Positions 13,783 through 27,639 of a DNA stretch of 64,000 nucleotides are shown piece by piece; position 1 is the stretch's first letter; each line of letters begins with the position of its first letter. The notes beneath the pieces were generated by a model. That model was not told the DNA's origin and searched no databases. It saw only the letters and a list, made by a program, of their open reading frames with translations. The position numbers and the translations under genes are program-made. Source of the stretch: Perna viridis (taxonomy: Eukaryota); NCBI GenBank assembly GCA_037379345.1, contig CM074516.1, positions 33,021,626 to 33,085,625 of the forward strand, written 5' to 3'.

Positions 13783-14780
13783 ACTAGAAACGAAGATAAT
13801 ATTCCATAACTTACAGAAATAACAACAGTATACCACAATGTTTATTTATTTTTTATTCAATTTATCAGCAGTTGTGATTTTCTAGAATTTTGTATGATTT
13901 TGAGATAATCTTGGTATGGTAACAGCCTTTTTGAGGTAAATTCAAAGTAACAAAATCACTAAGAGCATGCCAGCTGCCAGGAAACTGCCAAAGGTCAAGT
14001 CCTGGTCAGTTAAAGTTAACATCCTGCCTTACTCTTCCATTTTTTATATTTTAAACAGACAAGTAAGAATAAACAGCTGTTACAAAAGAAATATGTCAGA
14101 AACTTGGTTAAAAATATTCTGAAGAATGCTAGTGACAGATTTTGAAATTCTACAATATATGTTGTGTTCAACAAGTGCTAACAAAATATAATCATAAAAC
14201 TGCAATAAAAGAAACTGCTTAACATGAGACAATGACCAAACAAGGTATGCTCAAATGATGATAAATTTTTCACAAAAAGTAAATGTCAAATCAATACAGA
14301 TATTGCATAATGTTTAGGAACATATGTGTGCTTTTTAGCATTTCATGCATGCATGCATGCACAACAAGGAAGCATTTTAAATATGATGGTAAAATGTGTA
14401 CAATCGACAAATAATCCAAACAGTACTTTTGCTATTTATTTCTATGGAATAAATACTTGCCTTTCACATATTTGAACCACAAAAGCAGTATTTGTATCAA
14501 GATACCTTTTGATAAAACTTTATATGAAGAGGCATATGACTTTTATTTTTCTGTGAGAGAAATCACTGCAAAACTCTCAGTTCTTTATTAAGTTATTGCA
14601 GTTGTGTTCAAACAATCATTGAGGCCTCTTTCATTTAACCCGGCTGTGACGTTTTGTAAAAACTTTGAGTGTTTCTAGATAGGAATAGTAGACATGTAGT
14701 ACAGCTTTTATTTTTATTTTTGTTTTTTATTTTGTCTTCTGTATTATTTTTAGCTTAGATTTTGTCAAATATTTAACATA

Positions 14781-15355
14781 AACTAAAAAATACTGTGTGC
14801 AAGCTCACAATGAGAATACCCCCCTTCCAAAAGGACTCGAGTGTAAAACCTTAAATTTGGATTTATCACACTTTGGAGTCATCCAAAAGTAATTAAATTT
14901 CTTCATGCACATCTACATATGATGCCAAACCTTTCTATAAAATTACATAAAAGTAGTGAAGGAACGGTTGCACTTAAAATGTTTTTAACCTGTAAAAGCC
15001 TTGATTTTGATTTTGATATTGGATCCCTTCCTTCATCTACATATCATACACATCCTTCCTACCGAATTTCATCAAAATCCCTTGAGTGTATAAGGAGGAG
15101 TTGCACTTACAAGGTTTAACATTGTAAAACCTTTAACTTGTATTATCTTCCATCGGAGTCTTACCACAATATGTGTATTCCTTCATGCACATTTGCATAT
15201 GATACACAACCTTCCTATAAATTTCATCAAAATCCCTGATGTGGTTTAGGAGGACCTGCCCTTACAAGGAATGTGGACTGATGGACTGACAGAGGGACAG
15301 AAAGATGGGATGTCTCCTCTATAATCCCTTAAACTTTGTTTGCAGGGGTAATAAA
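14781..15355 (+). mobile_element. HINE/pearl-like non-autonomous element with about 3 internal repeats
   Basis: Head tgtgtgcaagctcaca..gaatacccc (shared with 45637). Internal cttcatgcacat..catatgat..aacctt.ctataaa repeats. A GGAC/GACA microsatellite precedes a terminal ccc...gggg-taataaaa hairpin. Confidence 0.75.
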
Positions 15356-15934
15356 AAGCCAAGAGTCTTAGATTAAATCTTCATGAAATATCAGAGTCTG
15401 AAATGAATACATGCATACATAAGTAAGTATATTTATACTCCTTTTGTTCCAGCCAGCTGGATTTAGTCAATGTTTTCAAAATCTTAAGTCGAAATTAATT
15501 GAGTATATGACAAAAGTATAGTTTCATATTAACCAATATGATATGCTACAGTGACAACTCTTGCCCATTCCACATAAGACTCACACATTTTGAAGCCAGA
15601 TTATCCTTTGATCTATTGGTTTTTTATTTGATTTTTTCAAACTTTTCCTAAATCTCACACATTTGCCTCACACAGCTGAGATAAAATATCATAAAGGAAG
15701 CCTCAAACATTTCAGCAACTAGTACATTAAATAGGCCTACATTTAATCAACATAAGATTATTCACATCCACTGAATTCTACATAAATATGAATACCAATT
15801 TTACATGAAAGTTAAAAATAAATATAAGAGAAACATTAAAGTCTTAACCATATTGATAGAGTATATGACTTATACAATAAAATTTATGTAAAATTAGCAC
15901 TATATTGACTCCCATGTAGCTGCAACTAATTCAA

Positions 15935-16364
15935 TTGGACTGAATCCCCTATAGTGTATAGGGACCTAATCAGTTAGTTGGACTGAATCCCCTATAGTGT
16001 ATAGGGAACTAATCAGTTAGTTGGACTGAATCCCCTATAGTGTATAGGGACCTAATCAGTTAGTTGGACTGAATCCCCTATAGTGTATAGGGAACTAATC
16101 AGTTAGTTGGACTGAATCCCCTATAGTGTATAGGGAACTAATCAGTTAGTTGGACTGAATCCACCATAGTGTATAGGGAACTAATCAGTTAGTTGGACTG
16201 AATCCCCCATAGTGTATAGGGAACTAATCAGTTAGTTGGACTGAATCCCCCATAGTGTATAGGGAACTAATCAGTTAGTTGGACTGAATCCCCCATAGTG
16301 TATAGGGAACTAATCAGTTAGTTGGACTGAATCCCCTATAGTGTATAGGGAACTAATCAGTTAG
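15935..16364. repeat. Minisatellite, 10 x 43 bp, each unit with an internal palindrome
   Basis: Unit ttggactgaatcccctatagtgtatagggaactaatcagttag starts at 15935, 15978, 16021 and so on to 16322. Confidence 0.97.
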
Positions 16365-17011
16365 CATGGAAGGTGAACGAGAACATGTTGGCAAGTAAGG
16401 AGATCCATTGTGCCTAAAATATTATCAATGTTTCACTATCATCTTCATTTTTTTTTTAAAATTATGACACTCCAAGAATTATGACTATGGTTATTATACT
16501 ATCAATTATCTTTCATAAGTATCTTAATTTTTTAAACATGATGACACCCTAAAAATAACAGTAGCAGATAAAAGATAGCAGAAGAAGAGGAATTATCGAC
16601 CACCCACATCAATACCACTTGTTGTTTATTAATTTCTACTAATTAATGTCAACATCGGTTCACAGGTTTAGATTGTTTTTATGTTTATTGATAGATTCCC
16701 TGCTTATCTTAAAGAAGCGTGAGTTTCCGTCCCTATGTCTGGTTTCCCAAATATAAAACAAACATGGCCCTTATGATTTTGCTGTCAAAACAAACACAAA
16801 ACAACTTATACTAACAGGAGAGATCAAACAGCTTTTGTTTCTGTGTTTGCAGATTTTAATTGAAGGGTAAACCTAATATTTATAGTAGATTTTGCCAGAT
16901 TAATTAGAAGGGATTTCCAACAATGGAAAATATTTGTAATAATGGTTTCCAAATAATTACTCAAATACAATTGTTCGTACTTTAGCTTGGTTCTAAGGTT
17001 TAGAAATGATA

Positions 17012-17972
17012 ACAATGGTGGAGATTTGGCATCATCAGGGACATGAACTATGTCAAAAACACTTCTATACAATGGTGCAGATTTGGCATCATCAGGGGCA
17101 TGAACTTTGTCAAAAAACACTTCATACAATGGTGGAGATTTGGCATCATCAGGGGCATGAAATGAAGTCAAAAACACTTCTATACAATGGTGCAGATTTG
17201 GCATCATCAGGGGCATGAAATTCGTCAAAAAACACTTCATATAATGGTGGAGATTTGGCATCATCAGGGACATGAACTATGTCAAAAACACTTCTATACA
17301 ATGGTGGAGATTTGCCATCATCAGGGGCATAAACTTTGTCAAAAAACACTTCATACAATGGTGGAGATTTGGCATCATTAGGGGCACGAAATGAAGTCAA
17401 AAACACTTCTATACAATGGTGCAGATTTGGCATCATCAGGGGCATGAACTTTGTCAAAAAACACTTCATACAATGGTGGAGATTTGGCATCATCAGGGGC
17501 ATGAACTGAAGTAAAAAACACTTCAAGCAACGGAGGAGATATGGCACCATCAGGGGCATGAACTTTGTCAAAAAACACTTCATACAATGGTGGAGATTTG
17601 GCATCATTAGGTGCCTGAACTTTGTCAAAAACACTTCATACAACGGTAGAGATTTGGCATTATCAGGGGCATGAACTGTGTCAAACACATTTCATACAAT
17701 GGTGGAGATTTGGCATTATCAGGGGCATGAACTTTGTCAACAACACACTTCCATACCATGGTGAAGATTTGGCATCATAAGGGGCATGAACTTTGTCAAA
17801 AACACTTCATACTACAGTGGAGATTTGGCATTATCAGGGGCATGAACTTTGTCAAAAACACTTCATACAAAGGTGGAGATTTGGCATCATCAGGGGCATA
17901 TACCTTTTCAAAAACACCTCATACAATGGTGGAGATTTGGCATAATCAAGGACATGAACTGAAGTAAAAAAA
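17012..17972. repeat. Minisatellite, about 17 x 57 bp
   Basis: Unit acaatggtggagatttggcatcatcaggggcatgaactttgtcaaaaaacacttcat starts at 17012, 17069, 17126, 17184 and onward. Confidence 0.97.
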
Positions 17973-18099
17973 ACCTTCTTTGTATTTTTAATACAATATC
18001 AGCATTTCAACTAGAATAATTGTAATAGAAAACCGCCCTGCTCCCAAAACCAGTGTTCATATCATCAACATATAAACAAAGTTTTCAAACTGATATTGT

Positions 18100-18298
18100 A
18101 TGTTGCTTCAGTCTGAAATCAAATCCCATATATAACAAATTTACATAAAGCTTCTGTTCAAATATCAAGTGCCTGTGATAGGTTATGACTTGCAGAGAAA
18201 ACTGTAACACAAAAGTTATGCATGGATAAATGGAAGAATGAACAGACAGGCAGACACCATAATAACTATATACCTCATACAAAGCAGTGGGGTAAAAC
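18100..18298 (+). mobile_element. HINE-like 3' fragment
   Basis: caaaagttatg...ggataaatggaagaatgaacagacaggcagacacc..tatatacctc...tggggtaaaa tail. Confidence 0.55.
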
Positions 18299-19060
18299 TT
18301 AAATACTATATATACAATTACTTATTGAAAAATGGCAGTGTAGGACCTGGATGTAAAACTATCACCAGTAAAGGCACTGGTCTTAAATCAAATGCATTTA
18401 TCAATCAGATGTTTACACATTAAACCTGTCTAAACCAACCATATTCCTAATTAAGTATCTATACATTTTAATCATTATTTATCATAACTTGTTTTAATGC
18501 TGACAAAATCTTGAGTTACTAAGATGTTTAGTTTAAAAACTTTCCATTGTTTTTTGCTAGATGTAGTACAAACATTGAGCAGAACAAACCAGAAAGTTCC
18601 TGAAGACCTCACTAACATTCTTCAGAAGTGACAAAAGCCATATCCTGTTGAGAATGACACATACAAATGTCCAGGCATATTGCATGTGACAAAACACATC
18701 CATTATTATTCTGAAAAATTTGGCGCTGCACAAGATGTGACAATAAACTACACATGTACACATATGATCTATGACATTGCATCTTGTTTACACCCTTTAT
18801 AATTAATTCATAAGCATTTTTCTGGTCATAATGACATTCCATGGTGTTAACTAGCTTTTTTTTTAGATATTTATGCATAAAATTGGCTAAAAATTATGTC
18901 CCACTTTGAACCCTTGCAATATGTTTTTCTTATTATTATTGTCAGCTAGAGTACAAAAAAGTGTATGAATATAAAACAGCCATTTCTCACTTCTCGTGTA
19001 CCTTTGGAAAATCGCATATTGAATTAGCATGCAATCTAATTATTCTGGTAATTATTTCAT

Positions 19061-19260
19061 ATGTACAAAGCTTATACCCAAAGCAGCAAACTTACGTACA
19101 AAAGCTTATACCCAAAGCAGCAAACTTATGTACAAAGCTTATACCCAAAACAGCAAACTTATGTACAAAGCTTATACCCAAAGCAGCAAACTTACGTACA
19201 AAAGCATACACCCAAAGCAGCAAACTTATGTACAAAGCTTATACCCAAATCAGCAAACTT
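19061..19260. repeat. Minisatellite, 6 x 33-34 bp
   Basis: Unit atgtacaaagcttatacccaaagcagcaaactt. Confidence 0.96.
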
Positions 19261-19826
19261 AACAACCAATTTATCCTTTACAGTTATTGTAGCATTCTAG
19301 AGCATTTTGAAATCTGTATGTTCCTAAGATATTAACGAAAAGATGAAAAAAAAACATGAAAGCTCTTGCTAAAAGAAAACTAACATTTAGTTCTGAGCTG
19401 TCCACAAAGAAATATGCTGTTAAAAACAAGAAGTCGACAGGAGTATGTTGCTTTTAATTTTAAAGTACTTAACAAAAAATATAATAGAACATAAAAAAAG
19501 TTTTGCTTTACTTGAAAAAGAAAAGCTATGTTCACAATATTTTGCTGTTGCAAGAATAATGGAATGTTTTAAAGGCTTTAATGCATTATTTTCACTACTA
19601 GTATTCTACATAGATAAATAATGATTTTTTTTCATGATACAATAAATATTTAAGCCTTCCAAAAACGATTCTTGAAGGCTATTTACTTCTACAAAAAGCA
19701 TCGGAGACTGTGATCTATCACAACTGATCAGTGGCGACTTTCACATTAGCTAACCATTTAAAAAAAAACTTGTAGATAAATATTTATGAATGCATTATTT
19801 ATATGGTCTTACAGGAGCTGTCAGAT

Positions 19827-20783
19827 TCTGAAAAATGCCAGGTTGTAGTGATTCCTATGATTACCTAAGATCTGTCAAAACATATCTATATCTGTGCCAT
19901 ATAGGCATGTGCCAGAAGATATACTGTCAGAAAAATTTACAATGGCAATCTTTTTTTCAGGTATTTGTATATGAATCATATGGTTTAAACATCTTCTGAA
20001 GGAATCACTGTTCTCTAAAGAGAGTTAGACGGTATTTTGGTACCTACAATTATTTCAGGAAAAATTTTTACTTCAGTTTTAAAAGTGATGTGATATTTTT
20101 TAAGATCAATTCATTGTGAAATTTACAAGTATGTAACCAGTAATTAGTATTTTAATACACATTCATCTTATAGACTTCACCATTTATATTGAAAGATATT
20201 CTATGTTTAGAAAACATAAAAATCATTAGCTGGATAATCTCCCTTTCAAAGTTTCTGTCCAAAATTTACCTTGCTTCCTGCAACCTCTTCATTGAATGAC
20301 CATCTGTCATCTATGATAAGTTTGACAATGCAAGAACACATTTTATTATATACTGACACTGTCCTGAACAACCAAGTGACAAATTCTGTCAGAAATCTTC
20401 ATTGTTACCCATGGTTTTACAACCAGAATTAAATATCCGGTTAAAAGTTTAATCTAATGCCACAAAACAGTGCAGAAGAAGTTAAACATACTTACAAGGG
20501 AGCACTGAAACTTTGCTTGTGGGGATATTACATCTAAAGTTATATTACAGCAATCTGCTTTCAGATGTTCAGCTCAAGACAGAAAAACCAAATGTTAAAG
20601 AATTCAACATAAGCATGCACAATAGGAAATGCTGGTCTGAGAAATGCCAGGTTGCCTTGATTTCTACAATTACCTAAGACCTGTCATAACAAATATCTCA
20701 ATCTGTTTATTGCCACATGTCAAGGGAATTACTGCCAGAAAACTTAACAAAGGCAATCTATAAAAAAAACTTAATATGAATCA
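19827..20783. repeat. Old direct duplication of about 150 bp (19827-19978 and 20636-20783)
   Basis: tctga(a/g)aaatgccaggttg..tgatt.cta..attacctaaga.ctgtca...actg.cagaaaa.tt.acaa.ggcaatct...atatgaatca is present twice, offset about 809 bp. Confidence 0.8.
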
Positions 20784-21963
20784 CCAGCAGCTTCAAAATA
20801 GCTATCTTGAAACTCTTATTAGATTCTGTGGTTTTGAAAATGCTAGAAGTCAAAGTGTTGATACCAACAAGCTGATGTTTATGTATTATGGATAAGCAGA
20901 GTCAAACCCAGGAAGAGACTATGAGAAACATTGACACAACACATTCTTATGAACAACTGCATGATACTTAAGTAATTAATTAATATTCATTGCACTCATT
21001 TTCATAAAGTATTCTACAAACAAACATAGAATTTTAGGATTATGTCAGCACCATTAGCTTTAAACTCTAATAATTTTGAATTACAATTAATTACCTAATA
21101 TGGAAAGCTCTTCTTGAGACGAGTTCCAATCTGTCATATTTTCATTTCAATTCTCAGGTCACATTGTCGATGGGATTGATTTTCTGCTAATTTTACAATA
21201 TTATTTGGGATTAAGTAGAATGAAGTGTTTTCTTGTCTCCAGTCAAAATGATACTGTTCCATCACTTTTGACAGCAGCACTCAAGCCTAATCAGTTTTCT
21301 GCCAAAATTTTCCGTTTTCAATATTTGATTAGATTTTCCATCTATTGTTTACTTGCTACGGAAATTAATGTACAGAAAATTGTAATTGATCAAACTCCCA
21401 AAACATGCACTGTGAAAACATATCTACAATTGACTTAAACCAAGAAACTTGCTGGGGACTGAGCTATGAAAATTAATTAACAACAAAATTAATACTGAAC
21501 AAAAGATAAATATGGTAGGTGATCATATCTATTATCGTGAAAATTATAAGGAATAATAAGAAATTATGCGTTGGAAAAATTGAAAAAAAAACTTTGCAAT
21601 AAAAAATATTTTTTTAAGCAATTTTCTTTGTGAAAAATTTGCTAAGAACAAACCAATCTAATTAATAGGGATTTAAATGAAATTTAACGATTTTAATCAA
21701 GCATTATATAATAGAGGAAATTTTTCAAATTATTATGTACTCTGGAGAGAGATACTAATTGTATGTTATAGAAAGAAACACACCAGGCTATCATAGGCTA
21801 TTCCATTTTATATTTTAGTTTACTGATCCAACACTTTTTTTTTCATTACAATTTAATACATACATGCATACAATATATTAAAAATTAGTATTGTCATGAG
21901 GAAAAAAACATTATTAGAGATTATGAAAACAAATTTTATTAGATATAATGAGAATACTTATTT

Positions 21964-22173
21964 TACTGTGGAAGTACTTTAAGTCTTGGATACCAATTTT
22001 CATGGTTTAGGGAAGATACACAAGTTTATGGATATCTTGAATTTATGGTTTGGAGTTTTTGAGTAAACACATCAATGGGAATCTCCTTTTTGTTGGGAAC
22101 TAAATTTTGTGCACTAGCTCACCCACCAAAACACGAAAAACTACTACCCACAAACAATAGTACTTTCACAATA
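21964..22173 (-). mobile_element. MITE family A, copy 2
   Basis: tactgtggaagtacttt...aatagtactttcaca, in the opposite orientation to copies 1 and 4. Confidence 0.8.
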
Positions 22174-22552
22174 AATGCTATAAATGCAGTCATGAGGGTG
22201 TTTTCAATTTTGTGGACAACCTTGTGTTTGATAAATCTGTCACCACATATCTACTACATAGAAGAAAAGCAAAATGTATTTTCATATCCCTAACTAACCC
22301 CTCTGGCCTTTATAAAAATTGCCCCGTTAGGGTTTGAATGAAATGTACTAACAATCTAGAAAGAGTGAAAGACCAAGCTTCTATTATTTCACATGGCAAG
22401 AATTAGTCTACTTGTAAAGAAATTCACTTCTCATAAGTGAGCTAATTTTGTTTTCAGTATAAGATGGACAGACATCTAAAAAATTAAAATAAAAACAAGA
22501 TTGCTTCAAGTAGCCATATATCTTTCATTGCTGATATACCTGAATTTGCCTT

Positions 22553-22814
22553 AGAGTAACCAAGGGAACATAGATTTTAGTGGAAATCCAAGGAACATAT
22601 ACCAAGGATAAAGACTAGCAGAGAAAATAGACATGAGAAAGAACACAAAATAATCCAAGGAACATATACCAAGGATAAAGACTAGCAGAGAAAATAGACA
22701 CGAGAAAGAACACAAAATAATTAAAATAACACATACAAAGAAGCAAATGTAAATGGGCAACTGGAACTCCACTGATGCAATGGTAGGGTAAGCGTCCTCT
22801 CACTTTTCTAGAAA
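22553..22814 (-). mobile_element. Repeat family B, copy 3, with an internal 67-bp tandem duplication
   Basis: Family B head and tail are present. aatccaaggaacatatacc...gaacacaaaat occurs at 22585 and 22652. Confidence 0.8.
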
Positions 22815-24980
22815 GTTGTAAAGAAAATTTGCTTCATCGACATGATGGTGTAGTGTAACACCTACAAAATGATCAAATCTAAATGGCAATACAGTATGAA
22901 CATCTACAGGAAAACATCCTACTAAACATGGTCTAAAAACAATTTAAAACATAGCATTGACATATTTACCATACTGACCCTCACACTTTCTATCTTCATT
23001 GAACTTGTACTGCTCTGACTGGAACAATTTTAATGTCAAGGAACAAAACAAGAGTCAAGAATAAGAGATAAAAACAACAAATAAATAGAAAAAGTCAGGA
23101 AACATATTTAAAAACAACAAATCATTAACTGCAAATGAATCTAAACACGCAAACAAAATGAGACTATCAAATTAGGATGCAATTACAAGGTACACAAACT
23201 GTCAAAAGAAAGACAAGCAACCAGACACATACATTTATCTTGAAATAACTCAATTGTCTTTTAACCTAATATAATATACCAATGGCCTCAGCTAACAAGC
23301 CAGAATTTTGTGAAAGGAACTAGGCATGCCATACCAGCCACACAGTAACTTTCTGCACTGGGTAAGGCTAATTATAAAGCATCTGGCAAGGTTCCGCATT
23401 CAATCTATAACTATGCAAGTCTTTCTTATCCTGAATATTTGGAGTACTTTCTAAAATAAATCTAATAAATTGTTACGTGGAATATGTGGGTTTTATATTA
23501 TATCTAAGATTCTTTAGTAGGTACTGCATAAGGAGGAGTCTAATCAAGACTAACCAGCTTAAGGATTTTTTTCATATAAATGCCAATTGTCAATCAATTT
23601 ATTCAATCCATGTGAAATCAAGTTTAGTGTTTTAAAAAATTTCAGTTATGCTGGGAAAAGGTTCCATCAAAAACAACCATACATATATAATATTTTATAA
23701 GGAACCAAACTATTTACACAAGAAATATTAACTTTTATTATGTGGCTTTGATAGATCTGTTTTCCTTCTTCAGATGATTCCAAAATTCCTACTATGAAAT
23801 TAACAGTTTGACAAATGTCATCTGCTCTAACGTCTGTCAAATACTGATTTACTGAGCAAGATCAATTACATAAACTTTGACTTTTCCGTGTATATTACAC
23901 TAAACAAGATAAACAGGAGTAGTTTTTCCAATTATTCTTTTGGTTCTGGGAAAGTTTTTGGAGAAGTAGAACTATGAACCAACATACCTGAAAGTATATA
24001 GGAAATTGGTGCAGACGAAAACTTCAGATTTTTCAGCAACATTTTCATTTTTTCCTATTTTCATATTTCTTGATATTTTTTACTGCCCATATACCCAATA
24101 TCAGCAATTACAAAGTGATGCAAAACCTACAGTGCTAAAATACATTTGAATGTCATGACAAAATATCACATCTTGCCCTATCAGGCTCACTGAGATGTCA
24201 TTTCTATTATTCGGTATATACCCAGGTAATTTCAATAATGAACTGAATATCAAGCACTATACCTGCTTCTATGAGTTCTAAACAATGTGAAACCCTGTCT
24301 GCTGCTACATTTACTATTAACTGTCATATACATTATAAAATACAGTTTGCTAATAATGGTAACATGAACATTAAAGAATATAGCATCAGTAAGTCACATG
24401 AAGCTCACATCAAAATTTCACAGAAGATACCATATGGAGTGATTAAAATGAATCCCCTCCCAAGAAACGTCTTAAGCTTCAAACATCATTAATCATAATA
24501 AAACCAACTGATAAAAAATTTCAAGATTATGACTAAGCCCTAATTTAGCATGTTCCTGATTCCAGATTACCTCGCACAAAGTGGTAACTGTCTGACTCAA
24601 GGAATATTTATCCAATTTTTCATACATGGTCATATCAAATTGAGTAATTGAAATGCCTGAAGATATTAATGGATTTGATACTACTTTGGTTGATATTCAT
24701 TTTATTGTCTTTAAGAAATTTGAAGCTGTGATAAGTTTTAGCATCATTAAGAACATATAATTGATTTAAAAAAAAATAATTTTAAAAAATAGAATGGTTT
24801 CTCTGTGATACACTCAACCATTTTCCCCATTTTATATCAATAAAGAGTTATGTCCCTTGTAAGGTTAATGTAAATAAATCATAAGAGAAATTTTTTAATT
24901 TAAACTTTTTGTTATTAAAGACTAAAATCTGAAGTGTACAAAAGATGGGACTCTTCTCTTCAATGATCAAAACATGTAGT

Positions 24981-25337
24981 ACATGTATTAGGAATGGAGC
25001 TACAGAAACGTCCCATACATGTAGTATTAGGAATGGTGCTACGGAAATGTCCCATACATGTAGTATTAGGAATGGAGCTACGGAAATGTCCCATATATGT
25101 AGTATTAGGAATGGTGCTACAGAAATGTCCCATACATGTAGTATTAGGAATGGAGCTACAGAAACGTCCCATACATGTAGTATTAGGAATGGTGCTACGG
25201 AAATGTCCCATACATGTAGTATTAGGAATGGAGCTACGGAAATGTCCCATATATGTAGTATTAGGAATGGTGCTACAGAAAATGTCCCATACATGTAGTA
25301 TTAGGAATGGCGCTACAGAAATGTCCTATACATGTAG
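24981..25337. repeat. Minisatellite, about 9 x 39 bp
   Basis: Unit catgtagtattaggaatgg(a/t)gctac(a/g)gaaa(c/t)gtcccata, giving the 13-aa periodicity seen in the ORF track. Confidence 0.97.
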
Positions 25338-25374
25338 GGGATCCGAAACATGAATGGGTCAAATATAAAAATAG

Positions 25375-25482
25375 AAGATGTAGTATGATTGCCAATGAGA
25401 CAGTCATACAATAATAGCAAAGCAATGAACAATTAAACTTCTTCAATGATGAGCAAAACCAATACAGTAAAGCAAGCTGAAA
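25375..25482 (+). repeat. Fragment of an interspersed repeat (gatgt.gtatgattgccaatgagaca...gagcaaa.c.atac)
   Basis: It resembles an abundant mussel interspersed repeat from my recollection. There is only one clear copy here. Confidence 0.35.
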
Positions 25483-27639
25483 AATTCTTTTTTTTAAAAA
25501 ATGACATACTTTAGAACAAATTGTTTTAACTTTAAACTCAGGCATGGAGGAAGTGTTCTAAAAAGTCTGGCATATTCCAATTGGCTCAGACACTCTAATA
25601 AAAATATGGCACATCATCAACAATGTTGCAAGCCAGGTCCATCATTTGGTAAAGCCTGAAGTCATAACTTGATATGTTACTTCCATACTGTTCAGGTAAC
25701 TTTTGAAAGGGACATAACTTGATATGCTACATCCATACCGTTCAGGGTCATAGTCGAAAGGGATATGGTTTCTGTAATTCATACTATTTCACCTGTGTAA
25801 GGAATAAGTAAATCATACCAATAACTCACAATGCTTAGAGAGGTATCTAATCATTAAGTTTTAAAAGTAAATGAACTTTAAACAATTTGGTGAGCTCATG
25901 GCTACGCGATGTTTCTAATTCTTTATCAGCAATGATTTACCAAAAATGCAATTATTCATTCTTAAGTGGCTGAAAGCTGTCGTAAAAATTGACAAATTCA
26001 AATCCCTTCCGACATTGGCCTTGTGTCCGTACAAAACCTTAGAAGGTGACTAACGACAAATCCATAAAAATTAACACCACGACTCAGGCACTAAGTCAAC
26101 AGGCCTGATTATAAAGATGGATTATGGGTTTTTAAAATTACAAGAGGTCGCAGTTGCCCTTTGTTGTTCCCAGTTGTATAGGGATTGATGAGCTTGCGAA
26201 TGCTCCTAGTAAAAACATAAAATGCAGGTAAAAAATGAACTTTTCTATGGAAACAGTAGCAAAATAGGGAGGAATGTTATGGATTTAAACTTTGTCACAT
26301 GAAATAAACAAAAACCACAATGGTTAAGTCAACAAAACTCTTTAAGACGAATGTACTTTAGAGTAATTTGTCAAGTTTTAATCCAACGCAACTATGTCGC
26401 AACAATTGTGTAAGAATTTATTTACGGATATTTATCCTACACATTTAGACAGTAAAAAACTTATGGATGAACGCTGTCTTGAACTTTACCTCATTAATTC
26501 CCTGTAAAATGTTTAGTGTCATTAATTTAATCCATTTATTTCTAATAAATGTCTTCCACCAGTTTTTTGTAAAATGTCAACCCTGACAAATTGCAGAGTC
26601 CTTTTTTAATGCTTTTTTTATTTCAAGCTGTCTGCACAAAAGTACTATGATAACAAGCCTAAAATCTGATATATGTGGCAGACTCCTAAACAAAACGTGT
26701 ACAGGGAATAGGAATGCAAAAATCAGTGTAATGCCAATTATTTCTAAATTCAAACATTATTGAAATGGCCTAATTAAAAAACCCTGAATAAGATTCATTC
26801 AAAACTGTGTTTGCTAGAACTAGAGTTACTCCCCTTTGACCATACCCTGTTATAGAGTAACAAAAACAAATGCATTGCTCATATAATTAATCATTATAAA
26901 TAATTATGTTTTCATACTGCAAAATTAATAATTTAATGGCAGGAAATAATCACTAGAACAAATTTTGGTATTGATATGTGTTGATATGTGTTCTATCAAT
27001 TAATAAAAGTTGAGACACAAACATTGTGTATAATATTTACTTTCCAATGTATGCTTATGAAACATTTTGGGAATTAAATTGCCTTCTTAGAATATTTTTT
27101 TGCCCTTGAATCCTCTGAATCACTTTTGAAAAGAACACAAAGAATAATAAATCTAAGGGTATTTACTTAAATAAAAATTTAAGTATCCCTTTCTAACAAT
27201 GAATTTTATGAGTAACCCTCAATGAAAGTCAATTCTAATGCACAAATAGGGAGCTAATTTTTTGGCTCTGATATTGTATACTTGGTTGACATGTGGCAGT
27301 AATTAGTTAAATAAGCCTAATAGATGATTACAATGTGCTAGTAAATGCAAGTAAAGGAAAAAATTGGGAAGTTCAACCAGATTTGAATATTTTAAACACT
27401 TACTTTTTTCTTACTTCAACATTATTCCATACTTATTTCTTTTTCAAATATATCTATTTTTGTGGGAAGAAGGGAGTTTTCATAAAACCATGTTAAATAT
27501 TTATAAAATGGTGCCTGTGTTGACCTCCTGTCTTGAGCCTCAAACAAACTCCGTCAGTCATTATTCTTGTACTGTAAAGTTTTGAAAAACACCATACAGT
27601 TATTTTAGTTAGCTACAGCATATTTCTTGTGCTTCCTCC

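Noticed and set aside
15935-16364. CRISPR-like palindromic repeat array
   Set aside because: The units are head-to-tail with no unique spacers, there are no cas genes, and the context is a eukaryotic intron.
16824-17967. Repetitive ORFs (PDDAKSPPLYEVFF...)
   Set aside because: Products of the 57-bp array. Indels between units switch frames freely, showing no coding constraint.
17012-17972. Tandem hammerhead ribozymes (CUGAUGA recurs on the minus strand)
   Set aside because: No stem II followed by GAAA and no properly placed NUH cleavage triplet.
24848-25353. Periodic ORFs on both strands (also at 18961-19335 and 45101-45347)
   Set aside because: Minisatellite translations that are open in several frames at once.
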